Counted from the stretch's first letter, positions 28,366 to 38,086 are shown. The stretch: DNA of 64,000 nt from Hyphomicrobiales bacterium (GCA_050257555.1 JBLMXB010000178.1:3247-67246), one strand, 5' to 3'. Notes: generated from the letters alone by a model not told the origin. Numbers and translations are program-made.

Positions 28366-30734
28366 AGCGCGCCGGATTCACCTGGACCCGGGCGTACGCC
28401 CTGGCCGCCGTCCTGGTCCTCGTCTTCTTCTATCCGCTCGTCCTGGGGAAGGTCTTCGTCTCGCCCGACTCGGTCGCGCCCGCCGGCTTCGCGAAGCTGG
28501 CCATGGACGCGCTCCAGACCCGCCACGTCTACGCGCTCTGGAACCCGTACACGTTCCTCGGCATGCCGACGTTCGGGAGCCTCGCGTTCGTCCCGTACGT
28601 CTATCCGCTCGATCCGGTCTTCGGCTTCCTGAACACGACGCTCCACTTCCCGGACCTGACGTGGCTCCTCGCGCACTACCTCCTGCTCGCGCTCGCGATG
28701 GTGGCGCTCCTCCGCGCGTTCGGCGCCGGCCCGGAGTCCGCGATGCTGGGCGGCGTGACGCTGGCCCTGACCCCGAACCTGGTCGCGGTCGGCGCGTTCG
28801 GCCACGGGAGCCAGATCATGACGGCGGCGTACCTGCCGCTCCTCCTCCTCCTCTTCGACCGGTTCGCGCGCCGCGGTTCGCTCCTCGCGCTCGCCGGATT
28901 CGCGTTCGCGGCGGCGTTCCAGCTCCTCCGGGGGCACGTGCAGATCGTCTTCTACTCGTGGCTCGCGCTCGGCGGCTACGCGCTCTTCCTCGCCTGGGAC
29001 GCGACGCGCGCGGGGCGCCGCGCCGAGGCGGCGCGCGCGCTCGGCGGCCTCGCGGCCGGGCTCGGGCTCGGGTTCGGCATGAGCACGTTCCTCTACCTCC
29101 CGGTGCACGAGTACGCGAAGCTCTCGATCCGGAGCGCGGGGCAGGGGAGCGGCGCCGGATTCGACTACGCCACGTCGTGGTCGTTCCACCCGCTCGAGAT
29201 GCTGACGTTCGTGATCCCGTCGATGTTCGGCTTCGGCGGCCGCACGTACTGGGGCACGATGCCGTTCACCGACTACCCGAACTACATGGGGATCGTGCCG
29301 CTCGCGCTGGCCGTGGTCGGCGCCGTCCGCACGCGCGGCGTGATCCGGCGGTATCTCCTCGCGCTGGCCGGCGTGGCGCTCCTGATCTCCTTCGGGAAGT
29401 ACCTGAAGCCGCTCTACGCGCTCCTGTACGACCATCTCCCGTACTTCAACAAGTTCCGCGTTCCCGTGATGATCCTGGTGCTCGTCCAGTTCGCGACGGC
29501 GGCGCTCGCGGCCCTCGGCCTCGACGCGGCGCTCCGCCGGCCGCCCGCGCCCGCGAAGGGCGCCAAGGGCGCGAAGGGAGCGAAGGACGCCGCCGATCCC
29601 GGGGCGCCGTGGATGCGCGGCGCGATCCTCGCGGGGGCCGGGGCGATCGCGGCCGTCGTCCTCCTCCAGCTCTTCGGGCCGGCGCTCGAACGCGTCGCCG
29701 AGCACGCGCGGCAGTGGATGAACGCGGCGGCGGCGCGCCAGGCGCTCGACCTCGCGACGGTGGACGCCATCAAGTCGGGGCTCTGCCTCGCGGCGGCCTG
29801 GGCCGTGATCGCGTTCTACCGGCGCGGGCGGCTCGGCCGGCTCGCGGCGGCGCTCCTCGTCCTCGGCGTCACCGCCGTCGACCTCTGGACCGTCGACCGG
29901 AAGATCATGGACCCGCAGATCGCGAGCGCGCGGGAGTACCACGACAACTTCACCGAGACGCCCGACGTCGCGTACCTCCGCTCCGACTCGACGCAGTTCC
30001 GGATCCTGCCGCTCCGCTGGGACGACAGCCGGTACGCCGCGTTCGGGATCGCCTCGGTGCTCGGCTACCACCCCGCGAAGCCGCGCCTCTACCAGGCGTT
30101 CATGGACACGGTCGGCCTCCCGAGCCTCGACATCGTCCGGTTCCTGAACGTGAAGTACGTGATGACCGACGGCTACTATCCCGACACGACGTCGGGCGTC
30201 GTGCTCCGGCACGACGGACCGGTGAAGGTCTACGAGATCCGCGGCGCTTCGCCGCGCGCGTACGTCGTGCACGCGCTCCGCCTCGCGCAGAACGAGTCGA
30301 ACGCGCTCGCGATCCTCCGCTCGCACGGGCTCGATCCCGAGACGGAGGCGATCTGGGAGGGGTTCGGGCCGACGCCGCCCCTGGGGACGCCGACGGTGCC
30401 CGACTCGGTGGTCACGCTGAAGTACGACTTCAACGAGTCCGAGTACCTGGTCTCCACGAACGCGCGCGGCCTCTTCGTGCAGGTGGACCAGTACGATCCC
30501 GACTGGACCGCGACCCTCGACGGGAAGCCGGTCCCGATCCACCGGGTCGACTACCTGCTCCGCGGCGTGATCGTCCCGTCGGGGGTCCACCGGCTCGTGC
30601 TCCGCTACCGGCCGCGCGGGCTCGAAGCGGGGATCCGGATCTCCATCGCCTCGGTCACGGTGACGCTCCTGCTCGCGATCGCGGGCGCCGTCTTCCGCCG
30701 CCGGCGCCGGACGGAACCGGAGCCCCCCGCGTGA
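28362..30734 (+). CDS. YfhO-like GT-C membrane protein
   Basis: ALWNPYTFLGMP, GHVQIVFY, SWSFHP.E, YWG.MPFT..PNY.G, FNKFRVP, C-terminal YDPDWTATLDG..VPI.RVDY.LRG..VP.G.H. Confidence 0.82.
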   Translation: MKRAGFTWTRAYALAAVLVLVFFYPLVLGKVFVSPDSVAPAGFAKLAMDALQTRHVYALWNPYTFLGMPTFGSLAFVPYVYPLDPVFGFLNTTLHFPDLTWLLAHYLLLALAMVALLRAFGAGPESAMLGGVTLALTPNLVAVGAFGHGSQIMTAAYLPLLLLLFDRFARRGSLLALAGFAFAAAFQLLRGHVQIVFYSWLALGGYALFLAWDATRAGRRAEAARALGGLAAGLGLGFGMSTFLYLPVHEYAKLSIRSAGQGSGAGFDYATSWSFHPLEMLTFVIPSMFGFGGRTYWGTMPFTDYPNYMGIVPLALAVVGAVRTRGVIRRYLLALAGVALLISFGKYLKPLYALLYDHLPYFNKFRVPVMILVLVQFATAALAALGLDAALRRPPAPAKGAKGAKGAKDAADPGAPWMRGAILAGAGAIAAVVLLQLFGPALERVAEHARQWMNAAAARQALDLATVDAIKSGLCLAAAWAVIAFYRRGRLGRLAAALLVLGVTAVDLWTVDRKIMDPQIASAREYHDNFTETPDVAYLRSDSTQFRILPLRWDDSRYAAFGIASVLGYHPAKPRLYQAFMDTVGLPSLDIVRFLNVKYVMTDGYYPDTTSGVVLRHDGPVKVYEIRGASPRAYVVHALRLAQNESNALAILRSHGLDPETEAIWEGFGPTPPLGTPTVPDSVVTLKYDFNESEYLVSTNARGLFVQVDQYDPDWTATLDGKPVPIHRVDYLLRGVIVPSGVHRLVLRYRPRGLEAGIRISIASVTVTLLLAIAGAVFRRRRRTEPEPPA

Positions 30735-31447
30735 ACAAGGTCCTCGTCATCATCCCGACGTACAACGAGCGGGATAACCTGGAGCGGCTCCTCGAGCGGA
30801 TCCACGCGCTCGGCCTCGGGCTCGAGGTGCTGATCGTCGACGACAACTCGCCCGACGGAACGGGCGCCCTGGCCGACCAGATCGCCGCCCACGATCCCGC
30901 CGTGCACGTGATGCACCGGGAGGGGAAGCTCGGGCTCGGCTCGGCGTACGTGGCCGGCTTCCGCTACGCGCTCGACCGCGACTACGACGTCGTCTTCGAG
31001 ATGGACGCCGACTTCTCCCACAGCCCCGAGAGCCTCCCCGACTTCCTGCGGGAGATCGAGGGCGCCGACCTGGTGCTCGGCTCGCGGTACCTCCACGGCG
31101 TCACGGTCGTGAACTGGCCGCTGACCCGCCTGATCCTCTCGTACGCGGCGAACGTCTACAGCCGCGTCATCACCGGGATGCGGGTGAAGGACCTGACGGG
31201 CGGCTTCAAGTGCTTCCGCCGGGCCGTGCTCCAGGCGATCGACTGGAGCCGCGTGAAGTCCGACGGCTACGGGTTCCAGATCGAGATCAACTTCAAGGCG
31301 TGGCGGAAGGGGTTCCGCATCCGGGAGATCCCGATCCTCTTCGTCGACCGGCGGGCGGGCGAGTCGAAGATGTCGCGCCGGATCATCTGGGAAGCGGCCT
31401 GGATGGTCTGGAGGCTCCGCATCCTCGACCTGCTCGGCGCGCTCTAG
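30731..31447 (+). CDS. Polyprenol monophosphomannose synthase (DPM1/Ppm1-like GT2)
   Basis: IIPTYNERDN, VDDNSPDGTG, KLGLGSAY, EMDADFSH, GSRY, DLTGGFKCFR, SDGYGFQIE, R.AGESKM. Confidence 0.9.
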   Translation: MNKVLVIIPTYNERDNLERLLERIHALGLGLEVLIVDDNSPDGTGALADQIAAHDPAVHVMHREGKLGLGSAYVAGFRYALDRDYDVVFEMDADFSHSPESLPDFLREIEGADLVLGSRYLHGVTVVNWPLTRLILSYAANVYSRVITGMRVKDLTGGFKCFRRAVLQAIDWSRVKSDGYGFQIEINFKAWRKGFRIREIPILFVDRRAGESKMSRRIIWEAAWMVWRLRILDLLGAL

Positions 31448-31457
31448 GAAGCGCCCG

Positions 31458-33401
31458 GTGGGCCTCTCGCTCGTCGTCGTCCACTACGAGACCATCGAGG
31501 CCCTGACCCGCCTCCTCGCCTCCCTGAGCGCCGCCGCGCCGGCGCCGCTCCGCGAGATCCTCGTCGTGAACAACAGCGGCGAGCCGCTCGACGCCGTCGT
31601 GGCCGGAGCCGGGTGGCCCGTGCGCGTGATCGATCCGGGGCGGAACGTCGGCTACGCCCGCGGCGTGAACTCCGGAATCCGCGAGGCGCGCGAGGAGGAC
31701 GTCCTGATCCTGAACCCGGACGTCCAGGTCCGTCCGGGGGCGATCGAGGCGCTCCTCCGGGCGGCCGCGGCCCATCCGCGCGCCGGGATCCTGGCCCCGC
31801 GGCTCGAACATCCCGACGGCACGCTTCAACTCTCCGCGCGCCGCTTCTACAATGGGAAGACGCTCCTGCTACGGCGGCTGCCGCTCGGGCCGCTCAAGGC
31901 GCGGAGCCGCTCGCTGCGCGCGCACCTGATGGCCGAGTGGGACCACGCCGACACGCGGCCGGTCGACTGGGTGCTCGGCGCGGCGATGCTGGTCCGGCGG
32001 GGCGCGATGCGCGACGTCGGGCTGATGGACGAGCGGTACTTCCTCTATTTCGAAGACGTCGACTGGTGCCAGCGGATGTGGCGCCACGGATACGAGGTGC
32101 TCTACGTTGCCGACGCCCGGATGGTCCATGAGTACGCGCGCGCCAGCGCCGGGCTTCGGCCGCGGTCGGTCCGCGCGCACGCGGCCGGCCTCCTCCGGTT
32201 CACCGAGAAGTGGAGCGCGCTCGTGTACGCGCTGAACCAGTATCGCCGCCGGCTCGTCCAAGGGGCGGCCCTCCTCCTCGACCTCGCGTCGGTGGTCCTC
32301 GCCTGCCTCCTCGCGTACGGCGCGCGGCTCGCCGTCGACCGGTGGTTCGAGAAGCCGCTCTTCCCGCTCGCGGCGTACTCCGGGTTCTTCGCGTTCGCGA
32401 TCGTCGTCTCCCTCGCCGCGCTCGCCGGCAACGGGCTCTACCGCCGGCCCTCGTTCCAGGACGGGATCGAACGCGGCTTCCTGCTCGGCCAGGCGGTGCT
32501 CCAGGCCGAGATCTTCCTGATGGCCTCGACGTTCCTCTTCCAGACGCCGCGCTACTCGCGCGTGCTCGTGCTCCTCTTCGGCCCGTTCCTCTTCGGGCTC
32601 CTCTACGTCGGGCGGAGCCTCCTCGACGGGCTCGCCGCCGGGGCGCGCCGGCAGGGCTTCGCGTTCCGCCGCGTGCTCCTCCTCGGCTCGGGGCCCGAGA
32701 CCGAGCGGGCGCGGCGGCAGCTCGAGGCGGCCCGCGGGGCGGGGTACGAGCCGTTCCACGCCGCGCTCACGCCGGACGGAGGCGAGACGCCCGACCGCGT
32801 GACCGCGCGGCTCCGCGCGCTGATCGAGGCGGAGCGCGTCCAGATCGTCTGCATCGTTCCCGAGCCGGCGGAGCTGCCGGCCCTGCTCGCGACGGCGTGG
32901 GCGCTCCGCGACCTCGGGGTCGCGGTCTACTGGGCGGGGCCGCTCGCGCACCTGGGCCCGCGCGAGGCGGCGAGGCGGCTCGGCCCGCTCGACGCGGTGC
33001 TGCTCCACGCGCCGAGCCGCGGGCTCTCGGTGCGCGCGCGGAAACGCGCGAGCGACCTCCTCCTCTCGCTCCTCGTCGTGCCGTGGCGCTGGCGCGGGCT
33101 CGGCGCGTACTTGAAGACGCGCGAGGAGCCGCTCGGCACGGGCGCCGCCTGGCGGCAGGTCTGGACCGGCGAGCGGAGCTGGGTCGGGCGCACGGCGTAC
33201 GAGCGCGAGCGCTGGGCGGGCGTGCCGACCTGGGCGCGCGCCGCGCTCGAGTCGATCCGACCGGGCGTCGTCTCGCCTGCAGGCGCGGGAGCGGCGGACC
33301 GCGCCGCGCGGATCGAGTCGGAGCTCGCGTACCTCGCGCGGTTCTCCGTGGCGGAGGACCTCCGCCTCTTCCTCCGGGCGACGCGGGGGGCTTCCTCGTG
33401 A
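31458..33401 (+). CDS. GT2 fused to a degenerate WcaJ-like phosphoglycosyl-transferase module
   Basis: N-terminal GT2 (LNPD, VDWVLGAAM, YFEDVDWC), about 4 TMs, RRVLLLG, then KRASDLL...GERSWVG...RPGVV...LAY...S..EDL. Confidence 0.8.
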   Translation: MGLSLVVVHYETIEALTRLLASLSAAAPAPLREILVVNNSGEPLDAVVAGAGWPVRVIDPGRNVGYARGVNSGIREAREEDVLILNPDVQVRPGAIEALLRAAAAHPRAGILAPRLEHPDGTLQLSARRFYNGKTLLLRRLPLGPLKARSRSLRAHLMAEWDHADTRPVDWVLGAAMLVRRGAMRDVGLMDERYFLYFEDVDWCQRMWRHGYEVLYVADARMVHEYARASAGLRPRSVRAHAAGLLRFTEKWSALVYALNQYRRRLVQGAALLLDLASVVLACLLAYGARLAVDRWFEKPLFPLAAYSGFFAFAIVVSLAALAGNGLYRRPSFQDGIERGFLLGQAVLQAEIFLMASTFLFQTPRYSRVLVLLFGPFLFGLLYVGRSLLDGLAAGARRQGFAFRRVLLLGSGPETERARRQLEAARGAGYEPFHAALTPDGGETPDRVTARLRALIEAERVQIVCIVPEPAELPALLATAWALRDLGVAVYWAGPLAHLGPREAARRLGPLDAVLLHAPSRGLSVRARKRASDLLLSLLVVPWRWRGLGAYLKTREEPLGTGAAWRQVWTGERSWVGRTAYERERWAGVPTWARAALESIRPGVVSPAGAGAADRAARIESELAYLARFSVAEDLRLFLRATRGASS

Positions 33402-35626
33402 GCGCCCGCCGCGCCGCGATCGCGCTCGCGGCCGCGCTCGGGCTGACCGCCGCGACCGGCGCGGCGCCCCGCGCCGACGCGGCCGGGACCGCCACGCGCC
33501 TCTTCATCCGGAACCACGTGAACTCGAACGACGTGCGCGGACTCGCCGCGTGGGGCGGGACGCTCGCCGCCGCGACGGGCGGGGGGATCGTGACGGTCGC
33601 GATGCCCGGCGGCCCGGCCGCGAAGGTCCTGAGCGCGCCGGGCGGGCTCCCGTCGAACCAGACGCTCTGCGCGGTCGCGGGCCCGAGCGGCGCCCTCTGG
33701 ATCGGGACCGGCGGCGACGGCCTCGCGCGCCTCAAACCGGACGGATCGTTCCGGCGGACCCTCACGACGTTCGACGGGCTGCCGACCGACCGCGTGCAGG
33801 CGCTCGCGCGCTCGGGCGACAGCGTCTGGGTCGGCACGTCGGGGGGCGTCGCCCTCTTCGCCGAGGACGCCGCGACCGGGCAGGTGTCGCTCCGCCGCTC
33901 CGACTCGAACGCCAGCACGGCGGGCGCCCTGATCTCCGACGACATCCGCGCGATCGCCACGCTCGGCGACACGGTCTGGTGCGCCACCGACCTCGGGCTC
34001 GCGGCGTTCGCCGCGGGCGCGTGGATCGACCGGCGGGACGTCTACGCCGGCGTCGTGAACGGCCTCGCGACGGCGGGCGACACGCTCTGGGTCGGCGCGG
34101 CGGCCGGACCGCGCGCGTACGTGGACGGCTCGCTCGAGCCGCCGGCCGGCGGCTTCGCCGGAACCTGCCTCGCGCTCGGCCGCGCGGGGGGCGCCATCTA
34201 CGCGGCGACGAACGGCGCCGGCGTCTTCCGCTTCGACGGCGCGGCGTGGGTCCTCGCGGGCGGCGCCGCGCCGGGGTTCACCACCTGCCTCGCGGCCGCG
34301 CCCGACGGCGCCCTCTGGGCCGGCACGACCCAGGGGATCGCGCGGCTCGACCCCGCCGCGCAGACGTGGAGCCTCCTCGTCACCGAGGGGCCGGTCGTCG
34401 ACGACTTCCAGCGCGTGGCGGTCGACGGGGCCGGCGCCTGGTTCGCGACCGGGAACACGATCCCGGTCGGCGTCGGCGGCGGGCTCGTGATCCGCTACGA
34501 CGGATCGTCGTGGAGCGCCCTCACGAACGCCGGCACCGGAGGCGCGCTCCAGGCCGCGTCCACGTTCGCCGTCTTCGTCGACCGGGCGCGCGACGTCTGG
34601 CTCGGCCACTGCTGCGGCGGCACGCCGCCCGAGCCGCGCGCGGAGCGGTACGATCCCGCGGCGGGGACCTGGATCGCGCCCGGCGGGACGAACGTCTGGA
34701 GCTTCGCCGAGGCGCCGGACGGCAAGGTCTACGGCGCGAGCGCCGATCCCGGGATCGGCGTCACGATCTACGACGGAACGACGGGGGCCCTGATCGACTC
34801 GCTCACGCCGCAGAACACGCAGGGCGCGGCCCAGGGGGCGGGGCTGACCAGCAACGACCTCCGCGACGTCGCGTTCGATCCGCTCGGCCGCGCCTGGATC
34901 GCGCTCGCTTCGAACGGCCTCGAGCGCTGGGACGGGAAGGGGACCGCCGATCGGTCCGACGACGTCTGGACGCACTTCGCCGGCGGCTTCCCGAGCCTCC
35001 AGACCACGTCGGTCGCGGTGCTCGACGCGTCCACCGCCGTCGTCGGGACGAAATCGGGCGCGGTCGTGCTCACGAACGGGCTCGCCGACGCCGGGCGGAC
35101 CGGCGCGATCAACGCGCTCCTCGGCGGCGCGGCCGTGAACGGCGTCACGGCGGACCCCCGTCGCGTCGTCTGGCTCGCGACCGACGTCGGGCTCGTCCGG
35201 TTCGACGAGACGTCGGCCGCGGCCGAGCGCTTCACGGTCGCCGACGGTCTCGTGGACGACCAGGTGCGCTCGGTCGCGTGGGACGAGGCGCACCGGATCC
35301 TCTGGGCCGCGACCGCGCACGGCGTCTCGGAGATCCATGCCGCTCCGGAGGGCGCGCCCTCCTTCGGGAGCGACGCGTACGTCTATCCGAATCCGGTGGG
35401 TCCGGGGGCGGGACCGCTACGCGTCGGGGGGCTCACCGGCTCCGTGACCGGCGAGATCCGCGATCTGACGGGCCGCCGCGTGCGGAATTTCCACGCCGAT
35501 CCGCTCGACGACGCGATCTGGGACCTGAACGGGCCGGACGGCTCGCCGGCGGCCCCGGGCGTCTACCTCGTCGTGCTCCGGGAGGGAGGGCGCTCGCGCC
35601 TCCTCCGCGTCGCCGTGATCCGATGA
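33398..35626 (+). CDS. PorZ-like secreted beta-propeller protein with C-terminal sorting domain
   Basis: Signal peptide; two-component-propeller repeats (GLPSN, LWIGT.G.GL, GLTSND, GLVDD.V); CTD YVYPNPV...DLTGRRV...WDL...G.P.APGVY.V. Confidence 0.72.
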   Translation: MSARRAAIALAAALGLTAATGAAPRADAAGTATRLFIRNHVNSNDVRGLAAWGGTLAAATGGGIVTVAMPGGPAAKVLSAPGGLPSNQTLCAVAGPSGALWIGTGGDGLARLKPDGSFRRTLTTFDGLPTDRVQALARSGDSVWVGTSGGVALFAEDAATGQVSLRRSDSNASTAGALISDDIRAIATLGDTVWCATDLGLAAFAAGAWIDRRDVYAGVVNGLATAGDTLWVGAAAGPRAYVDGSLEPPAGGFAGTCLALGRAGGAIYAATNGAGVFRFDGAAWVLAGGAAPGFTTCLAAAPDGALWAGTTQGIARLDPAAQTWSLLVTEGPVVDDFQRVAVDGAGAWFATGNTIPVGVGGGLVIRYDGSSWSALTNAGTGGALQAASTFAVFVDRARDVWLGHCCGGTPPEPRAERYDPAAGTWIAPGGTNVWSFAEAPDGKVYGASADPGIGVTIYDGTTGALIDSLTPQNTQGAAQGAGLTSNDLRDVAFDPLGRAWIALASNGLERWDGKGTADRSDDVWTHFAGGFPSLQTTSVAVLDASTAVVGTKSGAVVLTNGLADAGRTGAINALLGGAAVNGVTADPRRVVWLATDVGLVRFDETSAAAERFTVADGLVDDQVRSVAWDEAHRILWAATAHGVSEIHAAPEGAPSFGSDAYVYPNPVGPGAGPLRVGGLTGSVTGEIRDLTGRRVRNFHADPLDDAIWDLNGPDGSPAAPGVYLVVLREGGRSRLLRVAVIR

Positions 35627-36597
35627 AGCTCGAGCCGCCGCTTCGACTCCTCGATCCGCCCGATCCCGCCGCGTGGGACGCGTTCGTCGCGGCCGCCGAC
35701 GGCGCGAGCGTCTTCCACACGTCGGCGTGGGCCTCGCTCTGGACCGACGCGTGGCGCGACGCGCGCTGGCGCGCGATCGTCCTCGAGGAAGGCGGCGTGA
35801 TCCAGGCCGCGCTCGGCGCGATCGAGCGGCGGCGCGGGTTCCTCCGGAGCGTCGACGCGATGCCGTTCGCCACGTACGGCGGGCCGATCGTCCGGCGCGG
35901 GCACCGCGATCCCTCGGGCGCGCGCGCCGCGCTGCTCGACGCGTTCGGCCGGTGGACCGGCGCGCGGCTCGTGCTCCGCTGGCAGCTCGCGTGGTACGAG
36001 GGCGAGGCCGCCGAGCTCCCCGAGCGGATGCCGCGCGCGGAGGAGTTCACGCACGTCCTCCGCCTCGGCCGCTCGTTCGACGAGCTGGCCGACGGTTTCA
36101 GCCCCTCGACCCGGCGCCTGATCCGCCAGGCCGAGGAGAGCGGCCTCTCGATCCGCCCGTTCACGGGCGAGCCGGATCTCCGCGCGTTCTACGATCTCGC
36201 GGTCGAGACGGTCCGCCGGCGCGGCGGCACCCCGAAGCCGTACGCGCTCTACGCGCGGATCCTCGAGCGGCTCGTGCCGGCCGGGCTCGCGCGGTTTCAC
36301 CTCGTCACGCACGGCGACGATCCGGTCGCCGCGAGCCTCCATCTCTTCCACGAGGGCGTCGCGATGAGCTGGCTCCCGGTCTCGCGCTCGGCGTCGTGGT
36401 CGCTCCGCCCGAACAACTTCCTGATCGCGAACGTGCTCGCGAGCCTCTGCGACGCCGGCTACCTCGCGTACAACTTCGGCGCGTCGCCCGCGGACGCGCT
36501 CGGCCTCATCCGGTTCAAGGAGGGCTGGGGCGCGACGCGGCGGCCGGTGGTCGTCGCGGCGGACCGGAGCTCCCTCCACCGGAAGCTCCGGCCGTAG
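35623..36597 (+). CDS. GNAT/FemAB-like acyl- or aminoacyl-transferase
   Basis: WDAFV...SVFHTSAW, MPFATYGG, RRLIRQAE..GL, PNN.L, YNFG.S, GL..FKEGWG. Confidence 0.8.
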   Translation: MKLEPPLRLLDPPDPAAWDAFVAAADGASVFHTSAWASLWTDAWRDARWRAIVLEEGGVIQAALGAIERRRGFLRSVDAMPFATYGGPIVRRGHRDPSGARAALLDAFGRWTGARLVLRWQLAWYEGEAAELPERMPRAEEFTHVLRLGRSFDELADGFSPSTRRLIRQAEESGLSIRPFTGEPDLRAFYDLAVETVRRRGGTPKPYALYARILERLVPAGLARFHLVTHGDDPVAASLHLFHEGVAMSWLPVSRSASWSLRPNNFLIANVLASLCDAGYLAYNFGASPADALGLIRFKEGWGATRRPVVVAADRSSLHRKLRP

Positions 36598-36614
36598 CGG
36601 GGCGGGCGCGGCGC

Positions 36615-37718
36615 GTGCGGATCCTCCTCCTCGGGCACGCGCCCTCGGTCCACGTCCAGCGATGGGCCGACGCGCTCGCCGCGCGCGGCCACGAGATCCG
36701 CCTCCTCACGACGGACGACGCGCCTGGCGCGCGCTGGCCGGGACGCGAGGTCGGGCGGCGCTTCCCGCTCGCGGCGCTGCGGATCGCGAGCGCGCGCGGT
36801 GCGGTCCGTCGCGAGCTCGGCTCCTTCCGCCCCGACGTGACCGTGGCCCACTTCCTCGCCGACTACGGATTCCTCGGCGCGATCGCGGGCGCGCGGCCGC
36901 TGGCCGTCGCGTGCTGGGGCTCCGATCTCCTGATCAACGCGCGGGCGACGCCGCTCCATCGCCTCCGCGCGGGGTTCGTGCTCCGCCGCGCCGGCCTGAT
37001 CCACGTCGACGCCGCCATGCTCGCCGAGGCGGCGATCGCGCTCGGCGCCCCTCCCGCGCGCGTCTGGACGCGGCCGTGGGGCGTCGACGCCGACGGGCTC
37101 GCCCCCGAGCGCCCGTGGGAGGAGCGCCGGCGCGATTCCGGCGTCGCGCGGATCCTCTGGACGCGCCAGCTCCTGCCGCTCTACGACCCGGAGACGCTGC
37201 TCGAGGCGCTCGGGCTCCTCCGCGCGCGCGGCGTTCCGTTCCGCGCGACGATCGCGGGGGACGGCGCGCTCCGGGCGCGCCTCGAGGCCCGCGCGCGCGA
37301 TCTCGGCATGACCGACGCAATCCGCTTCGCCGGATTCGTCTCGGACGAGGCGCTCCGCGCGCTCTACCGGGAGCACGAGATCTACGTCTCGCTCTCCCGC
37401 TCCGACTCCACGTCGCAGTCGCTCCTCGAGGCGATGGCGGCGGGCCTCCTGCCGATCGTGACCGACATCGCGGGGAACCGGGAGTGGGTGACGCACCGCC
37501 GCGAGGGGATCCTCGTGCCGCCGGGCGACGCGGAGGCGGTCGCGGCCGCGGTCGCCGAGGCGGTCTCGCCCGCCGCGAACGGCGCGCCGGCGGACCCGCT
37601 CGCCGACTTCCCGGCGATGGTCCGCGCCGCGCGGGAGGCCGTGGCCCGACGGGCGCGTTTTGCCGATACCGTCGCGCAGATCGAAGCACGCCTCGCGGGG
37701 CTCGCCGGCCGGCGCTGA
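36615..37718 (+). CDS. Glycosyltransferase family 4
   Basis: SVHVQRW, HF..DYG, WGSDLL, PWGVD, SRSDSTSQSLLEAMAAG. Confidence 0.88.
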   Translation: MRILLLGHAPSVHVQRWADALAARGHEIRLLTTDDAPGARWPGREVGRRFPLAALRIASARGAVRRELGSFRPDVTVAHFLADYGFLGAIAGARPLAVACWGSDLLINARATPLHRLRAGFVLRRAGLIHVDAAMLAEAAIALGAPPARVWTRPWGVDADGLAPERPWEERRRDSGVARILWTRQLLPLYDPETLLEALGLLRARGVPFRATIAGDGALRARLEARARDLGMTDAIRFAGFVSDEALRALYREHEIYVSLSRSDSTSQSLLEAMAAGLLPIVTDIAGNREWVTHRREGILVPPGDAEAVAAAVAEAVSPAANGAPADPLADFPAMVRAAREAVARRARFADTVAQIEARLAGLAGRR

Positions 37719-38024
37719 GCGCGCGGCGCCGTCCGTGCCTCGGGCGGCGCCCGGAGGCCGGACGGGGGGGAACGGGGCGGACCGAGGACCCTCCAGCGGC
37801 CCCATTCGAAGCCGCGGATGCCCTTTCCGGACGCCCCCGTTTCCCACCGCGGGACCCCGCTCCCGGGTGCTCCAGCCAGAAATTGGCCGAATCCGGGGCC
37901 CTCACCGTGGCGCGGGGTCCTCGCCCCCGGGCCCGCTACCCACCACTCCCCCCACCTCCACGACCGGGCATCTAAACCGAAGTCCCCCAATCGAATGAAT
38001 TTTCAAAAAAATTTTACATCCGGC

Positions 38025-38053
38025 TTGACAGCCCAATATTCGATCCCTAGGAT
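38025..38053 (+). promoter_or_regulatory. Sigma70 promoter of the dcw operon
   Basis: TTGACA-N17-TAGGAT preceded by an A/T-tract UP-like element (about 37995-38017). Confidence 0.8.
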
Positions 38054-38060
38054 GCCGCGA

Positions 38061-38086
38061 GTGGTGGATTGTGGGTGGAAGTGGGG
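38061..38086 (+). promoter_or_regulatory. MraZ operator (GTGG repeats with 10-bp period)
   Basis: GTGG at 38061, 38071 and 38081, just downstream of the -10, the typical MraZ autorepression site. Confidence 0.8.

Noticed and set aside
37719-38020. rnpB upstream of mraZ
   Set aside because: No GAGGAAAGTCC or 3' P4 motif on either strand
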